DNA of 64,000 nt from Vicinamibacterales bacterium (GTDB lineage Bacteria > Acidobacteriota > Vicinamibacteria > Vicinamibacterales > UBA8438), in the NCBI GenBank assembly GCA_965200895.1, contig CBDAVM010000002.1, positions 741,028-805,027 on the forward strand, in the 5' to 3' direction. The stretch's first letter is position 1. Each line of letters begins with the position of its first letter. The notes beneath the pieces are model-generated. The model had not been told where the DNA came from. It made no database searches and was given only the letters and a program-made list of their open reading frames with translations. This document shows, in pieces, positions 20,076 to 27,919 of the stretch. The translations under genes and the position numbers were made by a program.

Positions 20076-21610
20076 AGTCCGAGCCCGGAGATCTTCACCA
20101 CCGCCACCAGAGCATGGGCCGCCGAATCGATCCGCACCGTGTTGTCGTACACCTCCGTGCGGAGCGCGCCCATGACCCGGGCCTTCCTGGCGATGTAGAA
20201 CGCGTCCCATTCGTTACGAAACTGCAACTGTCGCAACGACCTCAGGCCCCGCGCGATCGCGCGCTCGAAAGCGGCCGACCGCCTCTCGTCCCCGACCGTC
20301 CGGGCGACCCTCACCGCATCCACGAGCCCCTCCAGATACACGCCCGTCGAAGCCGCGTGCGGCGGTCCGAACTCCGGCCGCCGTGGATCGTAGAAGCGCC
20401 CGCGCAGATCGTCCGTCAGCCCGTCCCACTGCTGCAGCGACAGGAGCCCGTCGTTCATCTCGAGCACGAAGTCCGCGAGCTCCCGGCGCCCCGTCTGATC
20501 GAGCATGGAGGCGCAAGCCTGCGTGTGCCATGGCACGAACGCCGGGTTCCTGGCCTCCAGGTGCCGAGCCCGGCAACGCGTGAAGGTCGCCGCCCAACGC
20601 TCGAGGGTGGGCGCCCACGCCGTTCTGCGCCGTACCGCCTCCGCCCAGAACAACATCGCCTCTCCGGCATAGAAGTTCCAGTTCTGGCCATCGCGCGCAG
20701 CGGGAAAGAAGAAAGTGCGGAATCCGCGTTCCTCGTCCGCCAGGGACTCCACTCCGGCCGCCAGCATTTCCAGCTCCCCTGTGAACTCTTCCGCTCCCGG
20801 GGTCTCCAGAATCGCGAGACCGGCCAACGCGGCCGCGCCGAGCTTCGCGCCCGTACGTTCCACGATGGCGCCGCGCCCGCCCCCGATGGGCCGAAAGTAC
20901 CGCGACAAATTGGCGCGCAGGTTACGCAGGGCCGCTTCGCGCACGACTGCGCCGCCCCGCAACCGCGCCCAGCGCGCAAGGGCGAGGGTTGCGAGAAGAC
21001 GCCGGATCGCATTGTCGGAAGGGGCGTTCACGCCACGGCTCGGCCAGTACTTGTAGGGCAGCGAACCGTCGGCCGACTGGTTGCGAAGCATCCATCCCGC
21101 GATGCCCGCCGCCAAGTCTCCGGCGCGGTCCTCGCCGGCGGCTTCCGACGCAGGCACCAGCGAGCTGCCGCGAAACAGCTTCGTGACCTCGGCGCCGCCC
21201 CTGCTAGTCAGCAGGAACTGCCGGGCAGAAAAGACACGCAGACCGCCGTCCGCGGCGAAGTCGGCGACGTCGGCTTTCCGCCGCGCCAGGAACTTCGACA
21301 GCGCCCGCGGAAACCCCAGGTTCGCGGCGAGCATCCGGGTCGGAGCGAGGCGGAGAATCTCTCCCCGGTATTCGATTTCCATGCCGGCCACGCCCCGCGC
21401 GCGATTACAGAACACGCGACTGACCCGTTCGGGCGCGACGGCCCGATAGTCACTCGATACGCAGACCTCCACGACGTCGCCCTCGCGAGCGCCGAGCATG
21501 TCTGGCAGCCGTTGGAGCGAAGCGTCGGCAATCCACCCGCGGCGTTGAGCAACGCCGTCCCGCCGCAGGCAGTACCAGGTCGACTCGTGCGGTCCGGGAT
21601 CGGCTTCCAC
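20051..21610 (-). CDS. hypothetical protein; C-terminal about 350 aa look like an alpha/alpha-toroid (prenyltransferase/terpene-cyclase- or six-hairpin-like) repeat domain
   Basis: 519-aa uninterrupted ORF. Motifs SADGSLPYKYWP, NWNFYAGEAMLFW and GVYLEGLVDA. No LanC Zn ligands were recognised. Convergent with the hydroxylase gene, overlapping it by 25 nt. Confidence 0.55.
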   Translation of the reverse strand: MEADPGPHESTWYCLRRDGVAQRRGWIADASLQRLPDMLGAREGDVVEVCVSSDYRAVAPERVSRVFCNRARGVAGMEIEYRGEILRLAPTRMLAANLGFPRALSKFLARRKADVADFAADGGLRVFSARQFLLTSRGGAEVTKLFRGSSLVPASEAAGEDRAGDLAAGIAGWMLRNQSADGSLPYKYWPSRGVNAPSDNAIRRLLATLALARWARLRGGAVVREAALRNLRANLSRYFRPIGGGRGAIVERTGAKLGAAALAGLAILETPGAEEFTGELEMLAAGVESLADEERGFRTFFFPAARDGQNWNFYAGEAMLFWAEAVRRRTAWAPTLERWAATFTRCRARHLEARNPAFVPWHTQACASMLDQTGRRELADFVLEMNDGLLSLQQWDGLTDDLRGRFYDPRRPEFGPPHAASTGVYLEGLVDAVRVARTVGDERRSAAFERAIARGLRSLRQLQFRNEWDAFYIARKARVMGALRTEVYDNTVRIDSAAHALVAVVKISGLGLQSAGGRT

Positions 21611-21770
21611 TGTTGTCGCGAAGGCACCGCTGCGCGGCAGGCGTTCATTCAGCCCGACAACGTCTCTGCACTCGCGCCGGGCATGTTACCGCGGACGGAC
21701 ACGGGCGGACCATTGCCCGCTCATGCCTGTGGCGCCCCCGTCCACATGGCCCGGCCACCGGAGGAACGCC

Positions 21771-22739
21771 ATGACACATCCAAGCCTGCGCTTCGTGGTC
21801 GGCGGCATGCTCGCCGCCACTCTGGGCTGCGGCCAGGACGGCAATCCTGTCGCGCCGACGACGCCCACGACACCGACCAACCAGGCGCCGCAGGCGTCCG
21901 CCATCATTCCTGACCAGACAGTGGCCGCAGGCGGCGACCTGCAGCTCGACGTGCAGGGTCACTTCGCAGATCCCGACGGCGACCTTCTGGCCTTCCGGGC
22001 GGCCTCCAGCGACCCGGACGTCGCGACGGCGAGCGTTGCCGGGAGCATCGTCACCATCTGGGCCATGAGTCCCGGCATGGCCGAGATCACGGTCACCGCG
22101 GCCGACCCCGCCGGCCTGACCGCCTCGCAGCACTTCACCGCGACCACCGAACCACCGACCAACCGCGCCCCCCGGGTTGCCGCCCCCATACTCGGCCGGA
22201 CGCTGAAGCTGAACCAGAGCGAGAAGGCGACCATCGACCTGAACAACTACTTCACCGATCCAGACGGCGACCCCCTGACCTTCGAGGTGTCCTCGGGCGA
22301 CAACGCCGTCGCGACGGCGAGCGTCTCGAACGGCACGGCCACGCTGCTGGCGGTCGCCCTCGGCACGACGGCCGTCACCGTCGCCGCCCGCGATCTCGAA
22401 GGCCTGAGCGCCACCCACGCGTTCTCGGTCACCGTCGAACAGGGAACGCTCTCCGCGGAACTCGAAGTCACGAACTGTCACGCCGAAGGCGTGGGATTCG
22501 TCGACGTCACGGTGGAAGGTACGGTCCGAGCGGTCACGCCCTTGTCATCCGCGCGCGTCACCGCGTACATGGACACCCAGACGCTGGGCGAGCAGGTCCT
22601 CGGCGACCTCGGGACCGGCGAGACCCGGGCCTTCCTGATTCGAGGCTCGGCGACGGTCACCGCGTCTTCTCGCTGCCGAGTCGAGCTCTCGGCCGCCGGG
22701 AGCAGCATGACCGCCGTCGCGACGGTGTCGTTTCGTTGA
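21771..22739 (+). CDS. lipoprotein with two Ig-like/cadherin-like repeats carrying DPDGD motifs
   Basis: GGAGGA RBS, ATG at 21771, lipobox LAATLGC. Two about 95-aa repeats (HFADPDGDLLAFRAASSDPDVATASV.., YFTDPDGDPLTFEVSSGDNAVATASV..). Confidence 0.75.
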   Translation: MTHPSLRFVVGGMLAATLGCGQDGNPVAPTTPTTPTNQAPQASAIIPDQTVAAGGDLQLDVQGHFADPDGDLLAFRAASSDPDVATASVAGSIVTIWAMSPGMAEITVTAADPAGLTASQHFTATTEPPTNRAPRVAAPILGRTLKLNQSEKATIDLNNYFTDPDGDPLTFEVSSGDNAVATASVSNGTATLLAVALGTTAVTVAARDLEGLSATHAFSVTVEQGTLSAELEVTNCHAEGVGFVDVTVEGTVRAVTPLSSARVTAYMDTQTLGEQVLGDLGTGETRAFLIRGSATVTASSRCRVELSAAGSSMTAVATVSFR

Positions 22740-22866
22740 GGGAACGCTTGTGGGGGCTGCGGGGCCGAGGAGGGCGGGACGAAGCGACGCGCGCGGCCCG
22801 CGACCGCGCCGCCGCGGGGTTCGAAGGGCCGCCCGAACCCCGCCGGCCGCCATGCATCGACGACGG

Positions 22867-23320
22867 CTACAGCGGCCGGTCCGGATTGATGATCGACCGC
22901 CACATGTGGGCGACGGGCTGTTGTCGTACCCCAGCCCCTCCTTCGGCTGCTTGAACTGCCGGCCGATGACGTCGGTGAACTCCTCGATGCGGATCTTGCG
23001 CTGGTTCTCGTCGAACACACTGATCGTTGACGGTGACGAGCCGCGCCTCCATGTAGTAGCGATGGTTCCGCGCGAACTCGTAGTCCTTCTTGATGTACTC
23101 GTCCGGCTCGTAGTCCACCCCGAAGATGCGGTTGTACATGTCGGGATACGCGTAGCCGACCGACGAGTCGGGGAAGAAGCGCAGCGCCTGGTGATACTTG
23201 ATGCCCCAGCTCACGCGCTCGTCCACGTACGGGGCGAAGAGCTGCGCGCCCCAGTAACCGTGGTCCGCCTTGATCAGATTCTGGGTCACGTCGTGCAGCG
23301 GGCATGCGAACACCGTGCGC
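22867..23320 (-). pseudogene. 5'-truncated, doubly frameshifted remnant of an unidentified gene
   Basis: Reads LIKADHGYWGAQLFAPYVDERVSWGIKYHQALRFFPDSSVGYAYPDMYNRIFGVDYEPDEYIKKDYEFARNHRYYMEARLVTVND. It then makes sense in another frame (VFDENQRKIRIEEFTDVIGRQFKQPKEGLGYDN) and returns to the first frame (PVAHMWRSIINPDRPL-stop). It ends abruptly at the repeat boundary. Confidence 0.55.
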
Positions 23321-23324
23321 TCGG

Positions 23325-23610
23325 GCTGGCCGGGGAGATCCGGGTGGAGCAGGGCGAGACGCGCTGGACGTTCACGCCGCGTGCGCCGTGGCGGCCGGGC
23401 GAGTACCAGCTCGTCGCGGCAGCGACCCTCGAGGATGTCGCCGGCAACCGCATCGGGCGGCCGTTCGAGGTCGACGCGGCCGAGGCCCGGAGCTCGGAAC
23501 GCCCCCGCGGCACCGTGGTGCCGTTCCGGATCGGCCAACCTCTCGCGCGAATCCGGCCCCGCGAATCGAGCCCGGACCCGAAGGGCGGGTAACGCGACTC
23601 CCGCTTTTCG
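23325..23610 (+). repeat. direct repeat copy 2 (orphan 3' end of the lipoprotein gene)
   Basis: See 9627..9912. It encodes GEIRVEQGETRWTFTPRAPWRPGEYQLVAAATLEDVAGNRIGRPFEVD...PKGG-stop with no upstream gene body. Confidence 0.9.
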
Positions 23611-23774
23611 AGTAGTCGTCCCACCGGTTCTGCCGATGGGTGCAAGAGGACAGTCTGGAGCTCGACCCCGGCGCCCCCGCGGCGCTCCAACGTGGACCGG
23701 ATATCGGGTCCGTGACGGTTCGTCCGGCCACCGTTACGCGGTCAATCCGGTGACGACCAGCAGCAGGAGCATCG

Positions 23775-24041
23775 TCACCAGTCCGGCGGCAGGTCCTCGA
23801 CCGTCCAGCACTCCCGGGGGAGGTCCCCCACCAGATCGTAGGCGCCCAGTCGGTAGCCGGCCGGCACCAGTCGTGGCGAGGGCAGATAGTTCGCCATCTC
23901 CAGCATCGCGACGCCCGCCGTCTCGGCGAAACAGAGTACGGGAGTGCCCGGTTCGTTCCAACGCCCACCACCCCGGTAGCTGGCTCCAAGGCCCCGAAAG
24001 TCTTCGAGATGGTCGGCATGGCAGATCCGGAACAGGCGCAT
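23775..24041 (-). pseudogene. RES-domain toxin, 3'-truncated (88 aa; lacks the Ser-containing C-terminal half)
   Basis: MRLFRICHADHLEDFRGLGASYRGGGRWNEPGTPVLCFAETAGVAMLEMANYL..LPPDW-stop. The conserved Arg (GGRWN) and Glu (MLE) are present. The VPS motif region is absent. Confidence 0.7.
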
Positions 24042-24058
24042 CAGGGGTTCCTCTGACT

Positions 24059-24684
24059 GTGACGTAAGTCCTGTAAACACAATGGTTTACGGCGTCGGAT
24101 CTGTTTCGTTCCCACGGATGATCCTGCTTCAACCGACGGTTGATCACGACGCACTGTACAAGATCGCACCCGTGGAACGGGCGGGCGCAGGCGGCTGACG
24201 GCGCTTGATCTCGCGCGCGGGCAGCGGGTTGCGCCCGCGGTGCAACTGGGTGGTTCAGTCGGCCGGTGTGGCCGGGGCGGTGCGTTCGAGGAGCTGGAGC
24301 AGCAGGCTGCGCATCTCACGGATCTCGGTGCGGAGATCGCGGATGTCGGTGTGCATCTCGGTGCGGAGCTCGCGCATGTCGGTTTGCATTTGGTCCATGC
24401 GGGCGTTGACGCTCGTGTTGGTGTCGTCGATCCGGGCGTTGACGGTCGCATACTGCTGCATCAGCATGGCGTTCTGCTGGAACATCATCCCGACGAGCGT
24501 GAGTTGAAGCAGGCCGATGCCGATGACGGTGGTGACGATCCACTTGGCGTCGATCGAGAGTCTCGGCTTCGCGGGTCTGTCTGCGTGCTCGGCGGCCGGC
24601 GCGGTGGTGTCGGCCATGTCGTGCATGTCTCCCTTGACGTGATTCTACACCGGTGATGCGGGACGGGCGGGACGGCGGGTACGG
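24059..24684 (-). repeat. inverted-repeat module, right copy
   Basis: Reverse-complement homolog of 13246..13812, diverged and with indels (it encodes a 123-aa versus a 105-aa paralog). Confidence 0.85.
24255..24626 (-). CDS. small single-TM coiled-coil protein (paralog of 13303..13620)
   Basis: MHDMADTTAPAAEHADRPAKPRLSIDAKWIV.. with repeated MRELRTEMHTDIRDLRTEIREMRSLLLQLLER. Same RBS context as the left copy. Confidence 0.6.
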   Translation of the reverse strand: MHDMADTTAPAAEHADRPAKPRLSIDAKWIVTTVIGIGLLQLTLVGMMFQQNAMLMQQYATVNARIDDTNTSVNARMDQMQTDMRELRTEMHTDIRDLRTEIREMRSLLLQLLERTAPATPAD

Positions 24685-25041
24685 CGGCGACCGTATCGCT
24701 CGGGCCGGCGCGCCTGGGCAGGTGGATTCAGACGCCGCCGTGCCAGCTCAGGATGCTCCCGTTGCCGATGATCATGCGGACGGCGATCCCGCTCTCCGGT
24801 CGTGCGGATCCACTGGCGATGGCGCCCTGCTTCAAGAGCTTCTCCCCCTGGACGCCACAAGGACAGCATCCTCTTGACGTTTCCAGCACATCAGAACGAC
24901 GCAAGGGCTTCGTGTGGTCCGTTCCCGGCTCAGTGACGTGGCGCACGTCGGGGCGTCGAACGCGTGACGGCGGCCATGCGCCGCCGGGCTGGAGCCGGCT
25001 GCACCGCGCCCAGCCGCCGCGGACCCGCGCCGTCCCAGACG

Positions 25042-26544
25042 CTATCGGGCGGGCCCCTCCTCGGCGCCGAGCGCGAGCAGCAGCGCCTCGGTCACCGGGG
25101 CGGCCTCCAGGTTGCCGCGCCCCCGCCGGACCACCGCCAGCGGGGTCTGCCCGCGGTGGTTCGCCACGTTCAGCGTGGCGCCGTGCTCGACGAGCAGCTC
25201 GACGACCCGCGGGAAGCCCTTGTCGGCGACATGGTGGAGCGCGGTGCTGCCGGTCTCGTCGACGGCGTTGACGTCGCCGCCCGCGTCCAGGGCCACCCGC
25301 ACGGCGTCGAGCGTGCCCTCTTCGTCGGCGTGCTCCGCCTGGAACGCGAAGTCCCGATGGAGCGCCCGGTCGCGCCGGTCCCAGACGTTGTAGCGCCAGC
25401 TTGCGCCCGACGCCAGCATCAGGGGCGTCCAGCCGTTGCGCAGGGGCAGCATGCCGTCGGCGCCCGCGGCCAGCAGGGCGCGCATGATGTCGCCCTCGGC
25501 GAACTTGGCGGCCAGGGCGAACGGCGTGGCGCCGAGCAGATGGTCGCCGATCATCAGCACCTGGCCGTTGCGGGTGACGCGCGTCGCCTCGATCACCTGC
25601 GCGTCCGGCCGGGCGCCGGCGGCGAGCAGGGCTTCCACCATGCCGAGGTCGCCCTGCAGCACGGCGGCTTGCAGCGCCGTGTAGCCGGCGGCGGATGCGT
25701 TGGGGTTGGCGCCCTCTTCCAGCAGAAACTGAACGAACGCGCGGTGACCGCTGTGCGCGGCCAGCAGCAGCGCGCTGCGACCGTCCGGTGCGGTGTCGTT
25801 GACACCGGCCCCGGCCGCGAGCAGCAGGCGCGCCGAATCGACCGCACCCTGCCGCGCCGCGAAGAGCAGCGCCGTATAGCCGCCGAGGTCGGTCTCCTCG
25901 GCGTCGGTACCGTAGCGCCGGCCCAGCTCGCCGTAGCGAAGGTTCGACTGCAGCCGCCGGCTGATGACGAATCGCTGCACGCGGGACCGCCGGTGCACAT
26001 CGGCGCCGTTGTCGAGCAGCACCCGCACCACCGCGGGATGCCGCTGGGCGGCGGCCCACATCAGCGCCGTCTGGTCCTCGGTGGACTCGGCGGCGTTCAC
26101 CTCGGCGCCGGCCGCGAGCAACGCGGCGACGGCCGCAGCGTTGCCCGTTCGCGCGCAGCTCATCAGGACGGTTTCACCCGTCCCCACGGCGGCCCTGGCA
26201 TCGGCGCCTGCGGCCAGCAGCAGATCCACCATCGCCGCGTTGGCGTTGGTGCAGGCCAGCGCCAGCGGCACGACGCCGTGCGTGTTGGCGACCCCTGCGT
26301 CGGCGCCTGCCTCCAACAGCAGGCGCGCCGTCTCGACATCGTCGAGATAAGCCGCCCAGTGCAGCGCCGTGGCGCCGTCGGCCTGCGCGGCGTTGACATC
26401 CACGGACGCGTCCAGCAACCGCGCCACCACCGCGGTGTCCTGCAGCTTGACGGCGCTGATCAGGCGCAGATCGAGAGATTGTGCGCTCGCGTCGACCGAT
26501 CCGAGCGCCAACGTACCGATGACGACCGACAGCCGGAGACGCAT
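25042..26544 (-). CDS. secreted ankyrin-repeat protein
   Basis: Signal peptide MRLRLSVVIGTLALGSVDASAQ, then more than 10 ankyrin-like repeats (G-TALHWAA....VV..LL.AGADVNA). Confidence 0.85.
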   Translation of the reverse strand: MRLRLSVVIGTLALGSVDASAQSLDLRLISAVKLQDTAVVARLLDASVDVNAAQADGATALHWAAYLDDVETARLLLEAGADAGVANTHGVVPLALACTNANAAMVDLLLAAGADARAAVGTGETVLMSCARTGNAAAVAALLAAGAEVNAAESTEDQTALMWAAAQRHPAVVRVLLDNGADVHRRSRVQRFVISRRLQSNLRYGELGRRYGTDAEETDLGGYTALLFAARQGAVDSARLLLAAGAGVNDTAPDGRSALLLAAHSGHRAFVQFLLEEGANPNASAAGYTALQAAVLQGDLGMVEALLAAGARPDAQVIEATRVTRNGQVLMIGDHLLGATPFALAAKFAEGDIMRALLAAGADGMLPLRNGWTPLMLASGASWRYNVWDRRDRALHRDFAFQAEHADEEGTLDAVRVALDAGGDVNAVDETGSTALHHVADKGFPRVVELLVEHGATLNVANHRGQTPLAVVRRGRGNLEAAPVTEALLLALGAEEGPAR

Positions 26545-26551
26545 CGGACCG

Positions 26552-27919
26552 CTACACTCCCGTCAGCCGCTCCGCCGGCCCGGCCGGTCTGCCCAGCCGG
26601 GGCAGCGCGCCCGTGCTGTCGCCGATCCGGTCGATGTCCACGCCCAGCTTGTCGAGCAGCGAGACGTGCAGGTTCGCCAGCGGCGTCCGCGCCGGGTAGA
26701 CCAGGTGCCGGCCGCCCGCAAGCTGGCCCGCGCCGCTGCCGACCAGCAGGATCGGCAGGTCGTAGGGCGAATGCCGGTTGCTGTCGCTCATCCCGGCGCC
26801 GTACATGATCATCGCGTGGTCGAGCAGCGAGCCGTCGCCGTCCGGCGTCGCGGCCAGCTTATCGAGGAACGACGAGAACAGCGTCGTATGGTACGTGTTG
26901 ATCTTCGTCAACTTCGCCAGCGCCTCCGGCACGTTGCGGTGGTGCGACAGCGGGTGGTGCGCGTCGGGCACCCCGATCTCGCGGTAGGTGCGGCCGCTCA
27001 GCTCGTGTCCGGCCATGAACGTGCAGACGCGGGTGCGGTCGGTCTGCCAGGCCAGAAGCTGCAGGTCGTACATCAGCCCGGCGTGCTCGGCCAGCGTCGC
27101 GGGCACGCCGCGCGGCCGCTCCAGCAGCGGCACATCCTGCTCGCCCTGGATCTCGGCGATCTCGATGCGCCGTTCCACATCGCGCACGGCGTCGAGGTAG
27201 GCCCCCACCTTGACGCGGTCGCCGGCGCCGAGCTCCCGCTGCAGCCGGGCGACATCCTCGCCGACCGAGTCGAGGATGCTGCGCTGCGCCTTCCGGCGGG
27301 CGCGCCGGGCCGCCGGATCGGTGCTGTCGTTGTCGCCGAACAGCCGCTCGAACACGGCGCGCGGGTTGTGCTCCATCGGCAGCGGCGTCGAGCCGCTGGC
27401 CCACGAGATGGTGTAGGAGAACGCGCAACTGAAGCCGCCGCTGTCGCACGAGCCGGCGAAGTTGGCGCCCTCGAGGCCGAGCTCCAGAGACGCCAGCGGC
27501 GTCTGCTTCCGCAGTTCCTGCGCCGCGATCTGATCCATCGAGACGGCGTCCGGAATCCACTTGCCGGGATGCTCGGCGGTCAGGAACTTGGTGGCGGCGC
27601 GCGAATGCGAACCGCCGCTGATGTTCGGCGGCGGCGTGCTGTTGAGCCCGGAGAGCACGAGCAGGCGGTCACGGTACGGCGCGAGCGGCTGCAGGATGGG
27701 CGTCATCTCGAACCCGGCGCCGGTGGTCGCCGGCGTGAAGTTCTGCATGACCATGCCGTTGGGCACGTAGACCGCGCCGAAGCGGACCGCCGGCTTCGCG
27801 GCCGTCTTGCGCAGGGCGCTGAGCGCCGGCACCATGCCGTCCAGCAACGGCAGGGCGACCGCCGCGCCGACTCCGCGAAGCACCGCCCGGCGCGAGATCG
27901 ACTTCTTCGTGATCATCAT
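26552..27919 (-). CDS. DUF1552-family protein (Tat signal, HHPLSHH motif)
   Basis: The ATG at 27919 overlaps the upstream stop (ATGA). SRRAVLRGVGAAVALPLL twin-Arg signal and VPDAHHPLSHH. The 1165-aa ORF in the track is an upstream read-through artefact. Confidence 0.8.
   Translation of the reverse strand: MMITKKSISRRAVLRGVGAAVALPLLDGMVPALSALRKTAAKPAVRFGAVYVPNGMVMQNFTPATTGAGFEMTPILQPLAPYRDRLLVLSGLNSTPPPNISGGSHSRAATKFLTAEHPGKWIPDAVSMDQIAAQELRKQTPLASLELGLEGANFAGSCDSGGFSCAFSYTISWASGSTPLPMEHNPRAVFERLFGDNDSTDPAARRARRKAQRSILDSVGEDVARLQRELGAGDRVKVGAYLDAVRDVERRIEIAEIQGEQDVPLLERPRGVPATLAEHAGLMYDLQLLAWQTDRTRVCTFMAGHELSGRTYREIGVPDAHHPLSHHRNVPEALAKLTKINTYHTTLFSSFLDKLAATPDGDGSLLDHAMIMYGAGMSDSNRHSPYDLPILLVGSGAGQLAGGRHLVYPARTPLANLHVSLLDKLGVDIDRIGDSTGALPRLGRPAGPAERLTGV

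Noticed and set aside
24728-24860. C-terminal-looking peptide on the minus strand (VQGEKLLKQGAIASGSARPESGIAVRMIIGNGSILSWHGGV-stop), just outside the right inverted repeat
   Set aside because: It looks protein-like, but it is too short, has no start and I recognise no family. It may be a gene remnant at the island edge. This is not enough to annotate.
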